A stretch of DNA of 64,000 nucleotides from Lingula anatina (taxonomy: Eukaryota > Animalia > Brachiopoda): positions 49,640,788 to 49,704,787 of the forward strand of contig CM120640.1 in the NCBI GenBank assembly GCA_051362555.1, written 5' to 3'. The notes under the pieces were generated by a model. The model searched no databases. It saw only the letters and a program-made list of their open reading frames with translations, and had not been told where the DNA came from. Shown one piece after another: positions 52,401 through 64,000 of the stretch (the first letter of the stretch is position 1; every line of letters starts with the position of its first letter). The position numbers and the translations under genes were made by a program.

Positions 52401-54005
52401 TCTCACCCCCTTCCTCAACAAATGTCACCTGTAAAAGAATTTTTAAAAATCCTGATTATCATGAAGGTATTCTTTACATCAAACCTTTTGTAGACCCTGA
52501 GCAGGAATTAGACTCTTGCAAATGCTTCTTGGAGATAAAAACAACCATTTTAAATGACTGCCTATTGAAGGCATGTCTTTATGGTCATCATTTATAAAAC
52601 ATCATTTCCTAAAAAAATCATGTAAGTTCTTAAAAGGTTTATTCATACTGGTATATAGTCATTGTTAACTGAAGGAAGAATAGTATATTGTAAAAATCTG
52701 TAAAAAAACAGTGGTAAACAAAACTTCTAAATTTATTATTATCTTTAAATAATCACGATTTAGAATTTATCTTTCATATTTGATATCTTAAAATACTGAC
52801 ACACTTGATTTTAGGTTACAACAGCAAAAACACCCAAAAAAGACACTACAACATGATTTAACTATCTATGAATATCTATCAAACCTAGTTCTTTTCATAG
52901 TATTTTCATACAAGTACATGTACTAGTAATGCTCAAACCTGGTAAAGTTTTTTATCTTCTGTCAGACCCCACACTGCATTTCTGATCCTCAATTCCTCCA
53001 ACAAGGTGGTCAGATACTGACATATAACATGAAACACAAATGGCAATAATTAAATAAAAAGACATGATCAAGCAGTTAAAACATTATAAACAATAGAGAT
53101 TTACAAGAAAATGATAATACTACTGTACATATAGTACCTTGGTTTTTGAAAAAATGGAATCGTTTACATATAACACTTTGTGGTATTAACTAGAGACAGT
53201 ATTTGTTTCAAAATAGGAAAATTATCTTTACCTCTTTACCATCCCCTGAGAATTCTGCAAAAGTTGACATTTGACTATCTAAACGTTTTTGCCTATAGGT
53301 AGGTGATTCCAAGTTATTTTCCTGTTCAGTTTCTAGGGTTTCATGGCTGTCTGGATGCCCAAAGACATCTTCATCTGGATCATTGAACTCCTCTGGCTGA
53401 ACATGATCCACGTCAGATTCACTTTTAATCTCTCTCTTTTGAGGTTTTGAAGCTAACCTTATATCTAGTGTTAAGTTCTTTTTATTCTTTGCATCATTTT
53501 CATCTTCCTTAGCATTATCTGTAACTGCAGAATCCTCTCCAACAGAAGGTACTTCAGTTGCAGGTTGGATAGAAGGATCTTCTTTTGTCTGCTGCACCTC
53601 CCTTCCCATAGGACTGATGTCGGAGGTTTTCGCTTTATCTAAATCTGGTGACACAAAACTTCCAACATCAGGTTCTCTGACACTGGGACCAACTTTTTCT
53701 AGACTGTCATTTTTACTGTCATGCACCAATTCTGGTGCAGTCAGACTGGAAGACTCTCCATCATCACATATATTAAATGATACAGAATTTCCTTTAGATG
53801 TCAGTGACATGAGTGGAGTATTTTCATCACAGGCAGTATCTAATTCATCTTCCGTCCTCTCTTTGACTGCATGAAATGGTTTTGTAAATGCTGGTTCTGA
53901 TTCCGATTTCGACACATGGTCGTGAAGGTCTGGACCACCTCTGTGGTCTACTTCATCTTCACTTGCCTTTACAGGCAAATAAATCAAATAGAGAAAAGAT
54001 GCCAT
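46424..54005 (-). CDS. DUF389 (TIGR00341-like) multi-pass membrane protein of unknown function
   Basis: Exons: 53232-54005, 52939-53016, 52331-52428, 52109-52177, 51804-51867, 51514-51581, 50967-51042, 50500-50605, 50206-50290, 49636-49780, 49221-49277, 48806-48985, 48562-48630, 48263-48346, 47989-48045, 47595-47666, 46424-46750; phases consistent (the last three exons are less certain). Motifs FKSIKSRLTVAQVVEQI, LTFDYVMLIILASIIAGFGLLENSSVILVASMLVSPLMGPILAGTFG, IAVPSGAGVALSVLGGNAGSLVGVAISASLLPPA. Confidence 0.88.
46828..47117. mobile_element. Long-TIR (fold-back) MITE, Harbinger-like
   Basis: GGCCCCATTCAGAAT...ACTGATCTGCCGACTAAATATGGCC...ATTCTCGATGGTCTC.CCGCCTCCACA is mirrored by TGTGGAGGCGGGGAGACCATCGAGAAT...GGCCGTATTTAGTTGGCAGATCAGT...ATTCTGAATAGGGCC. 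Confidence 0.8.
47121..47400. mobile_element. Second, more diverged copy of the same fold-back MITE family, directly adjacent
   Basis: Termini ACATTCAGAAC...GTTCTGAATGT; shares CTGTCGCTGCA.GG.CCTAGCAATT.AACCTC.GAGCT and GGCAGATCAGTAAGT with 46828-47117. Confidence 0.7.
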
Positions 54006-54639
54006 GGAAACTCAGTGGCTGCATATAATTTACTGCCAGTAGGTCGAAAATGTACTAGAACAACAACTACATGTACTTACTCGTACACCAAGGATCTTCA
54101 AAGTACTCGTACAGTACTAGTACATGTATAGATCCAAATTCTGAAATGGTTGCAGAGGTGCAATTTGTTTTATGAAATGTCAAGTACATCAAGTGCAGAC
54201 CAGAAACTGCCAATAAGAGTGCTAATGCCTGCAACTTCTGCAGTTCTACAGTTGATTTTATACTTCTTTGTATCATATTTATCATATATCAGTAAATTAT
54301 TATCATATTTTAACAACAGGCAAATCATCTCGATCATTTCATTTAAATACTCTGGGAAGCGCAACATTTTGTTAGCTCGCATCACCATAACAGCGACGAT
54401 ATATACTATATGAAATGCTAAGATATATATTTGACCTTTTAGTTGTGCAAGTACATTACCAGACAGTACATGTACAGTGTGTACATGTACACTGATAACG
54501 GAAAAAGAAATTACTCTGCTTCTCCCCTCGCCTTGAATTGCTCAACATTAAGTTTCATCTAGACAATCATGGCAGTCAAAAGTTTTTGTCCAGTTTTTCA
54601 TTGTGTCCACTGATATCATACTATTAGGATTGTAGTGCA

Positions 54640-54760
54640 AAAATATAGATTACCGCCCGCCTACCAGTAATGATATAGTCAGGAAGTGGTTTTCCTTTCG
54701 AAATGTGGGTCGAGGTCGTGCTAAAGGTCAGCAACGACGTCATGTAGTCTTAATTTCGCT
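54640..54760 (-). promoter_or_regulatory. Probable promoter / non-coding first exon of the DUF389 gene
   Basis: Minus-strand donor-like GCG|GTAATC near 54653, ETS-like CAGGAAGTG at ~54680, CRE-like GACGTCA at ~54737 and local CpG enrichment. Confidence 0.35.
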
Positions 54761-54878
54761 TTGCATAAAGAGCCAGAAACACTGAGTGCTTTGTAACAAG
54801 TAAACGAAACTGAGTCTTATCTGGAAGGTCAGCACTTTATAAAGACCCCCTTATTTACTGTTTTCCCCTGCATTGTCT

Positions 54879-54928
54879 CCCCCCCCCCCCCCCCCCCCGG
54901 ACACACACACACACACACACACACACAC
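54879..54928. repeat. Poly-C tract followed by an (AC)n microsatellite
   Basis: About 20 C, then GG, then about 14 AC units. Confidence 0.9.
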
Positions 54929-57900
54929 CTGGCACACTTGTAATTTGCTTTCAACACGCTAGTTAACGGCCGCCGTAGACAAAAAGAGGGACGATCGAGT
55001 AGGGACTCTTAACAGGTCTTAACACCGACAATTAGGGGAATTACACACCTGATATGGAAAAAAATTCGCAGCGTTTCCTACTCCTTCAATGATTTTTTAC
55101 GCTTCCTTTACATAGTAAAATTGAAATTGCAGTAAACAATAAATACTGTTATCATTGTTGTTCTTGTCAAACAATACGTATATTAAAATGTTTACCAAAG
55201 ACTATAAAGCCAATTTAGTAATTTGGTGATAATTATTATGCACCGCATTATAATTCTGTATGATTGGTCCAAAAAATATACATGGTGATGGGGATAATAT
55301 CATTTTCATCTTAACTTTTAATGTTTACTTTAAAAATCGATAAAATAAAATATTACAAATATCTGCGATGCATTCGCAAATACCAGAGTCGATTTCCTTT
55401 TGTGATCTTTGTTTACCTTTCACGAAGCATGCACGGTAGCGAATATATTGGTAGATGGCGCAACAGGTACCCATAGGTGTTTATTCTACCCCTCGTTTGG
55501 TTCATCGTGTACGATGTAATACCCGGTAAATTAAAAGGATGCCAAACATCTTTTAAACTTAATTACTTTTTTCCTGTTTTTTTTTTCTATTTTATGACAC
55601 CATTTTTATTCTTTTTGGCAATTTTTCTTTTGTGTGTGTTAACTGAAGTTAATTTAATTATGTCTGAGAGAGGGAGTAAGTGATGTTAAAGTAACAGCCA
55701 AAACGAGGCGTGTCTATGGAAGATTGACGTCTAGCGTGTCGAACGGTTGTAAATTTACAAACTTTGATGGTGGACACCCGGAAACCTGTAAAGCTTTCCC
55801 AACAACAGGTATGAATCCATTGAAGTTTGTGGTTATTTCTCATTTTAAGAAACAACGTTTTTTATTTGACATGTAGCATTATCCTGTTGCTTGGAAGTTA
55901 AAACAGCCATAATTTTGAAATTATGTCTCCTCGAAGCGTGGGTCCTTCGCTATTATTCATCAAAGTTCATTTCGTAAGGAATTTGCATGAATGTTTTTTT
56001 AAAAAGATTAGTTTCTTATATTTAAGTTATTGTTTACCGAAGGAGGAAATGTTGCAATTATGTATTTAAAGTGGTAGTTAACAGCTTTAAATTGTTATGG
56101 TTGGATTCTGGGTCACATCCGCCATATTCAAAACATGGCCGTCGAAAACAATGCGTTTTTTTGCCGGTCAGTAGGAGTGTTCCACCCACATTCTGTAGAC
56201 GCTTTGTGCGAATTGTAATAGGTTTGCACTTGAGTGAAATAATATGTGTCTTTTTGTATTGCCGTAGAAGTTTGATATCGCTCATCATGTTAGCGCATAT
56301 GACACGCATCGTGATTTTATAGGTTAGTTTTAAATTATACAATGTTGCTTTAAAGTTAAACCAACGACCACCCGAGGTGTCAGTGATGTTTCCTACTTTC
56401 ACAGGAAAAATATTGTAACATTTCCATTACATTCATTTAACATATTTGCGTCTGGGTCTTTGAAATAGGATTAATAATTGAAAATTTTGGCTTATTCTCA
56501 ATTTACTTAGTTGTCATTGGTTTGATTTTTCCATTTTGGTAATTTAACAGATTTTCAGATATTTTAATTATTAATATCCTTCTTTTTACAAAGCTAAATG
56601 TTTCATATCTTTCACAAATATCCGTTACACCAAGAAACATACCTGAAGGTTCTGACCAAGATTGTTAATTCTCTTCATACACACCATGAGCTGTATTCTT
56701 TACTAGTAACTGTTTCATACTTTCATAGCAATTAAATTGTGGCAAAAAGGAAAGTATCAATGAATTAGGTAATGTTATCAGAAAATGATGGGCAATTATT
56801 GCAATGTTCATCCCTTACTGAGAATAAAATATGTGTTCCGTCTTTCAGTTTCTATAATTTAAAGAATTATGGAACTTTTTTAAATCACACATACATTTAT
56901 ATATTCAAACTTTGGTGGAATGCTACAGACAGGTTCATTGCTCAGGAAAAGTCTTTGTCTGTTTATCATTTCCTTTCTGACTAATCCTGTGGTTTTTACC
57001 ATGTGTCAGGCCAAAGATAAACCTTCCCCAACTTACCAGTGCCTTTACCTGCTGGGCTTATCAGTAAAAGAAGTTTTTCATATTAAGTGTTTGAATCTGA
57101 TTGCAACACATACTTGAGCACTCACATATGCTTGGATGACGGAATTTTGAGGTATTCTGTCAGACAGATTGAGGCAAGTCCAGCATAGCACTGAAGTTTA
57201 ATTATATCCTTTTTTACTGACCATAAGGTGAAATCAGCAATAAGTTATCTGATCTCATGCAGCAGTCTTTACCATTGGACAAAAAGAATTTAAAGTCAGT
57301 CACAATTTGATTAATCCAATAGAGAAAATAAGGGACCTATAGGCTATTGTCAGAGTCACCTTGACAGATTATGTTAGTGTAGCACTTGTATGAAGCCAAT
57401 CATCTTTCTAATTGAGATTTGTATAAAAAAAATCATGATTTTTGCCCAGTGGGCATACATGAGAAGTTCTGATGAAAGGACACAATACAGGTCTAGTTAT
57501 TAAGTGAAGTCCCTGCGATATATAAAATACATGTGTTATAAAAAAAGTTAATAGATTGGATAATTGTCTGTCTTCACCTGCACATGCATTTGTACACTTT
57601 GCTGCAGGGTTTGTATTCATAATACACGCTAGTAACCTCTTTTACAAACTAGATCAGTTCTCCCCATACAATGACTCTGACTAATATGTTCCTCAATCAA
57701 AGGGGGAAAAAAGGAATGTGTCTGACTGTTAGTATAGCCTAATTTCCTTTGTATACTTGTAGTGTAGATAAAGAAAATTTAAGTTGTATTGAAAGTATTT
57801 TTAAAAGAACATTTACTTACTTATAAACATGTAAACTATTGCTGAAATCATCACTTTATGAACCAGGTAAAAGTGGTAAAGCATTCAAATTCTGTTAGTT

Positions 57901-59857
57901 CATATAAGCGCTGAAAGCAGTTTACATGACTGGCATCAGCTTCTGGGAAGGGGTGGTAATTAATCTGAGCTATAAATTCAGCATTCATATGTAAATTATG
58001 GGGTTTTGTTGCTGCAGGGTTTATTGTTTTCAATCCAACCTGCTCATTATTTTCCTTATTCATAGCACACAGATTTAGAGTGCAAATTGAAACATTCAGC
58101 TCAAATATTAATATTGCTTTATTATTTTTTTCAGGTGTACTGGATGAAGCAGTAGGGGTGAGTATTTCAAAATAATGCTTTACAGTAAAGAGTTATCATT
58201 TTGTGGTCTATAGAGGAAACATAGTTGCTTCAAGTTTACTCTACAACTAAGTGAGCTTGACACAGAATTTGTGCCTCAAGATACATTTCCGTCAAATGAA
58301 AGCAGCAGCATTGAGTGTTATGTCTGAGTGCTGGACATGGACATCATTCTATGGCAGTGGAAGGCACAAACAGCAGTGCCAATGGCTGATGGTGGAGTGC
58401 TCATGTTGTGTGGATACATATGATGTATATATCATGGGATACAAGAACTGCTAGTGAGCAGTTTGCCTATAAGTATCGCTTACTGACAGCATTGAAAAAG
58501 ATACTAACACTCAACTTGATGAAACAGCATTGGACAGGGGTCACCTTGGCCAGGACATTACAACATTGCTCAGCATGTGGCAGCATTGTCAAAGATATCT
58601 CACTCTGGATTAGGCAACTCCATTTTAAAAGGAAGACTAAACTAGGATATTGGCAGCAGTGAAGAGGAGTTTTTTCTCAGGATATTGGAGTTTTTTATTA
58701 AGTGATTGCTTGTTATGGAAGTGATAGCATTATTCAGTAGTTTTATTGCTCACCCCCAATGCTGCTGTTATAGGGACATCATGCCATGAATAGGAGGGCA
58801 ACAAAACACCAGTATTCTGTTCCCAAATAAATTGATTGTGATGCAGCAAGATCAATTTTTTTATATATCGATAGCAATTGAGTGACAGGGCTTGTTTTGT
58901 AGCATACACAGTATTATAAACTCTTTTACATTTGCTGTTATACTCATTTATTTTAAAATTCTTATTTGCTTGGTATGGCTGCAGTACAGGTTTCATAAAA
59001 TACTCTGTGCATCAGGGTTATTTCACTTTGCACATGTTAGAGAGTGTGCAGGTTTACTGAAAGGAAATGTTTGATATTTCCTTTTTGGCTGAGCTTTTGA
59101 GTAAGCAGCTGGTGGAAGGCAAATAACATGAAGACACACCTGAAATCACGAGCCATCATGTGGGGAGACTACTGAAGATTTTGGCTACATTTAGCAGTGA
59201 TAACACTTAGTATATATTTTCAAAGTACAGAGTTTCACCTATTCTATATTTTCCACTAAGGTGGATGCAAAGGTTGAAAGTCACATAATTTAAACAGAAA
59301 CATGCTTATTTGTGCATGCTTCAGTTCTGTGTTTACTTGGAAAATATGGTGTTATGTCAGAGGAACTTGCTTTTGAAATGGAATCAGGAAGGTTTTCTCC
59401 AAGCAGTTACATTTGTTTGCCAACTAGACCAGGTTTCAGTTTATTATATGTTCCATAATGTTCAAATTCATCTCAGTAGGGTGGGGAATGGTATTAGATA
59501 GGCAAAGGTGAAAGATCAGTTGAACAGTGTGATAGACATGTCTTTTAGTAAATTACTGAAACAGAATAACATAATAGAATAGGCAGGGCATTTGATATCT
59601 CAACTTCTCAGGCATCATGTGGAATTCAGTAGCAGATGATCAGGAGTCTTGTGTTTTTCAGAATTGTTAAAAATTAAATTCCCAAGCTTGAATTTCAGGA
59701 CAGGTGGCTGTAGTGCTGCATAACCCACATTCACTGAAAGTTTAAAAGTTACTGGTGTTTCTGCCCTTGGTATGGTAACAAGTAAAACAAAAAACAGAAA
59801 GAAATATAAGTCGTTATTTGCATCAGGTATATTATCTTTACTCTGAAGCCAGACTGA

Positions 59858-60112
59858 GGGCTCATTCCCAGTGAAGCTATCGATTTACGTAGACCGATCC
59901 AACTCCGCTGGGACTCTCGCTGAATGTAATCGGATTAATATACCTACTTCTGGAATTGAGTAGATACAGAAAAACTGGTGATTATATGAGTATGTTGGGA
60001 ACAAGAGGAGGCATGTTAATCTGGTAATCTGCTTGCATTCAGCGAGAGTCAATCTTTGTAGTTAGGATTGGATCGATCTACGTAGAACAATAGTTTCAAT
60101 GGGAATCAGCCT
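59858..60112. mobile_element. MITE family A copy without the nested insertion
   Basis: GGGCTCATTCCCAGTGAAGCTATCGATTTACGTAGACCGATCCAACTC ... GGATCGATCTACGTAGAACAATAGTTTCAATGGGAATCAGCC, TGA/TAA flanks; homologous to the outer parts of 13556-14012. Confidence 0.75.
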
Positions 60113-63100
60113 TAAGTCATATCAGCAATCTCTCAGGAGAAGTCACCAAAAGTTCTCTCCATATTGCTTAATCATAAATTGGATCTAAAAGTATAAGGTA
60201 CACTTGTAGGATAAATGCATTGTGTGTGGTTGGAGATGGAAGGTTTTGATATATCTAAATACAGCTTGTTAAAGGCCTTGCTAAATAGACCTGTGCCAGA
60301 TATCACTTGAGATTATCATTACAGCACTTCAGCACTGAATCACACTCTGAACTTCATGTCTGTGTTGGCAAGTAACACATACTGATAAGTGTGGAATGCT
60401 ACAACACAGTCAAAGTTTTCAGGTGTTCTCTCTGTAATGTTAGATGATCAAAACAGGGTGTAACCAATTGCATACTTCTAGCTAACCTTCTCCCTGTAGT
60501 TCTAGCAGTTTCTGTCTTGTTAGAGATCAGACTATGACAGGATAACCAGAGATAAAATGGATGTGTCAGTTCTATTGTGCTCAGTGGTGGGGATAATGGG
60601 TAGTCTGACCCAGTCTGTGCTTGACTAGACTATACCATGCAGGTTGATAGGTGTGTGCAGCATTGGAAATGGCTTGATTTATACAAATTGACTCTTTGTG
60701 CTTTGTGCCCTTATGCCTGTATTGTTACCTATTAATGCAAACTTTGATAAATATTGAATATTATTTACTCCAATATAATTATAACTTTGTAGTGTGATAA
60801 AGGTCTATGGAATAATAGAAAATCTTGTCTTTTTGGAAAAGTAATTTTCATGTTAAAATTATTTATGCTTATTAAGACTTTTTCTTTCCCTTTCCACTGC
60901 ACCTAAAATCCATGCCCAGAATGTCTGAAATTTAACTGGAACTAAGAAACCAGTGTATAAAGGAAATGGTTTTGAGTTACAGTTAGTAGAGGCAATGCCT
61001 CGAGCCTTGTTAGAGTATAGACCAACTAAAAAGCTGTTCATTGGAAAAAATGATTGAGTCATATTACATTGTAATCAGACATATTCCCAGCCGACTTGTG
61101 GTTTTCACTTTACCTGCATGATTAGTTGCCCAGCGCACACATACAAATAGTGAATTATATCGGCGCGACAGGTTGGCTTTTCTTTCCTTTTTTTCATGCC
61201 AATTTTATGTACGGGATTAAGCACTTAAATGCTGACTGCAGTTATTGCAATGCATTTCTCTCTATTGCCTACAAAAATATTTCACCGAAGGTGTGTTGGG
61301 AGTCGCAAACAAAATCCAGCACCTCTGTTCATTATATGGGAAATCTTTGTATGTACAAAAGGTCTGAATGAATAAGCACTTACTTGCTTTACCCGGACAA
61401 ATGCAGGGTTGAATAAATATATATTGAAAATGGCAGGCCAGTACTGCAAAGGCCATTGGCTATTAATGAATTAGATATTGTAAAGGATTGATATATAGAC
61501 TGAGAAAGCCCCCTATTTCTTGGTGTTATATAATACACACAGAGTGATTTTATTTACCCATTTGATACACAGACCATACATCTTTGAGAAAGTATCAGTT
61601 TGGTATCGTTGAGTGGTTTGGTATGAGTAAAAGAAGAGTGGTCATCACAGGGGTGACCAATGCTATATGCAGTTTGTTAACAATGTACAGGGCATCTGAA
61701 AGATTTAATTCCCTGTCCCTGTGCAGTTATGGTGAAGTGATGTCATCACCATACAAAACTGAGTTTGTAACAACACATGCTAGACTGACATGGTGGAGTG
61801 CCCCGAAACCTTAGATGCTCTAATGTAATTGAGAAACTGTATTCACTTGTTAAGTTGTGTTCAAGCAATACGTCAGCCCGAAGATATTGATGTGGCTTTC
61901 AATTAATATATTGTTTCTGGCTGGTAAACTGGATATGATATAAACCTGTCTTTGTATATGTACCCTTAACACTTCAATTCAGCCTCAAGTAGAATATATC
62001 TGATGCCAAGTTTGGGCTTCTATGCAGATTCATATCTAAATTAGTGAGGTAATTACTTTGGTGATTTTCTTTTTGTTTTGTAGTCATTATCTTGTAAGTA
62101 CATATATGAATGGTCATGACTTTTTTGTTTGGTTTATTTTATTTTACTTAACTGAAAGGTATCCTATAGGGGTCCAGGGATCAAATTTTCTTTTCAATGA
62201 TTTATACCTATTTTAATGTCTAAGTTCAGTTTTAAATATGTGGACATGTTTTCCTGTACATAATAAAAGGAAATCTAAAAATTACTTTGCAATTTTTTGA
62301 AACTTGTATTATATACTTTTGATGGAAAATATTAAATGTGGATACTAGTTTTCTAGTGAGAGAAAAAATTAAAACATTCCAATGGTCTTGATTTTTTTCA
62401 ACTCAAATTGCTAAGTGCAAAGTAGTATGGTGTTATTGATTGCATTTTGATTAAATTACAGTACACTTACGACTCTCAGATCGCATGTAGTTTACTTTGA
62501 AAAGATAGTGTCTCTCCCAAAAAATATATGAACAATTTGGGAAAGCATACCATAGTTGTGTCAGGGGTTAAGTCTTAACATGTGATAATACCAAGATGCT
62601 GAGACATACTGTTGACATAATTAATCCAAGTAACACCAACCTTCAACTCACTCACCTACTAAGATTGTCAAAAATGTGACAGCATGATAACATGTACAGA
62701 GCTTTTGGAATTTATAGAACTAGTCCACTCAAGTTAAAATTTGAGTTTAATACGACCCACAGTTTGTTTTGTATTTGGTTTTGGGTTTTACTTATTTGGA
62801 CATTTAGTTTTAGTGTGTGCTAAGAAAGATACATAATTTATGGGGCCTTTTTGTTTATATTTTATGGCTATTGTAAGACATTTCAGCATTAGGAAGAAGG
62901 GGAATAGTTGTGATTTCCAGTGAAGGAGATTGTGGAAGGTTGCTATGAAACACATTTCAGGACATCTTTGTATAGCTGTATGCAAACTTCAAAATTTCTG
63001 TTTATGAAATACAAAAGGTTTTTAAAGGAGGGGCCCTTATGTCTTTGTCTCCAGAGATTTGTGAAATATTTACATATGTCAGACTTTTGTTCCTGTAGTC

Positions 63101-64000
63101 ATTGAGGGGACATTCTTGGCCTGGGTCACATTGATTTATATTGGATACCAACTTGAGTAGGTTGGGTTAAGTCAACAGAATGCAGTATGCAAATACCAGT
63201 GGTTTAAAAAAATACCTGGGTGACGCAGTTCAGTTGACTCATAGGTATATGCTTAGCTTTGTTGAACACGGAGTTCCCAGGTCTACTGTTCAGGTAAACT
63301 TGTCTCACCTGACTTGATGTGCATTAAGGAGCAGGATACATGGCTGCTATAAATATATCTTCTTGTCACTTCTTCGTATGTCATAGTTGATCTGCCTTGG
63401 TATTTTATAAGTAGTCTCCTGTTTGTTAGGTATAAAGTATGATCGTACCTTTAATAATGTAGCTTCTGTGTGTGATAGAGGAATGGCAAGATATTTATCA
63501 CCATCAAGATTGGTCTTAATTTTTTTCTTTTAGTGTATAGTGGTTTTATCAGAAGCACCACTATTTTCTTTTCAAAGCAAAGTGTGGTAACCTTCAGTTT
63601 TGTAAGAAAATTTACATCATTAAGGTCTGTGTGCTAGAATACTAATGTACTGACAACATAAAGCAAATAGGTTTCCACTTCTTCACACATGAAAAATTGA
63701 CTCCGGTAATATTACCGTTAAGGAAAAAAATCTTCCTTAACTGAATGTACCTTCACACTGGAGCCAAGCCAACATCTGATAAGCATGCTGCTTTATTGAA
63801 TAAGGCCTTTGATCCAACATAGCTGCTTTGAGATTATAGAGCAGTAAAGTTTAAACAAGGTGCTTTCATTTGCTTTGGTTGTAAACTTTAACAAATAACG
63901 GAATTCAGTTTGAATTAAAAAGAAAATATGTGCTTTTATGCTAGAGTTATTTTTGCCTTAATTCAACAGCCTTGAATTACCATATTGAAATTGACTGTTG

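Noticed and set aside
56000-64000. Many 60-115 aa ORFs in the right end of the window
   Set aside because: Composition typical of random AT-rich ORFs, with no known motifs and no consistent exon chain.

Overview
AT-rich, intron-rich animal genomic DNA (invertebrate, probably a mollusc or other lophotrochozoan; the taxon is an inference from gene and repeat style). Five spliced protein-coding genes can be reconstructed exon by exon with GT-AG boundaries and consistent phases: (1) CEP43/FGFR1OP (- strand, runs off the left edge), which unexpectedly carries an in-frame EF-hand pair after its LisH domain; (2) importin-alpha of the KPNA2 type (+), head-to-head with CEP43 across a CCAAT/CHR-type promoter; (3) UTP14 (-); (4) a choline transporter-like SLC44A1/CTL1 gene (+) with two separate pairs of tandemly duplicated, apparently mutually exclusive exons; (5) a DUF389 membrane protein (-). 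Introns and intergenic DNA hold many non-autonomous DNA transposons: PIF/Harbinger-like MITEs (some nested), a Kolobok-like TTAA element, a decayed THAP-domain ISL2EU/Harbinger-like element and Helentron-like elements. One of these carries about 12 copies of a 146-bp unit, most of which contain a perfect AAAGTAGGTCAAAGGTCA nuclear-receptor DR1 site. The last ~9 kb has no convincing coding sequence and may be the 5' UTR and first introns of a downstream gene.
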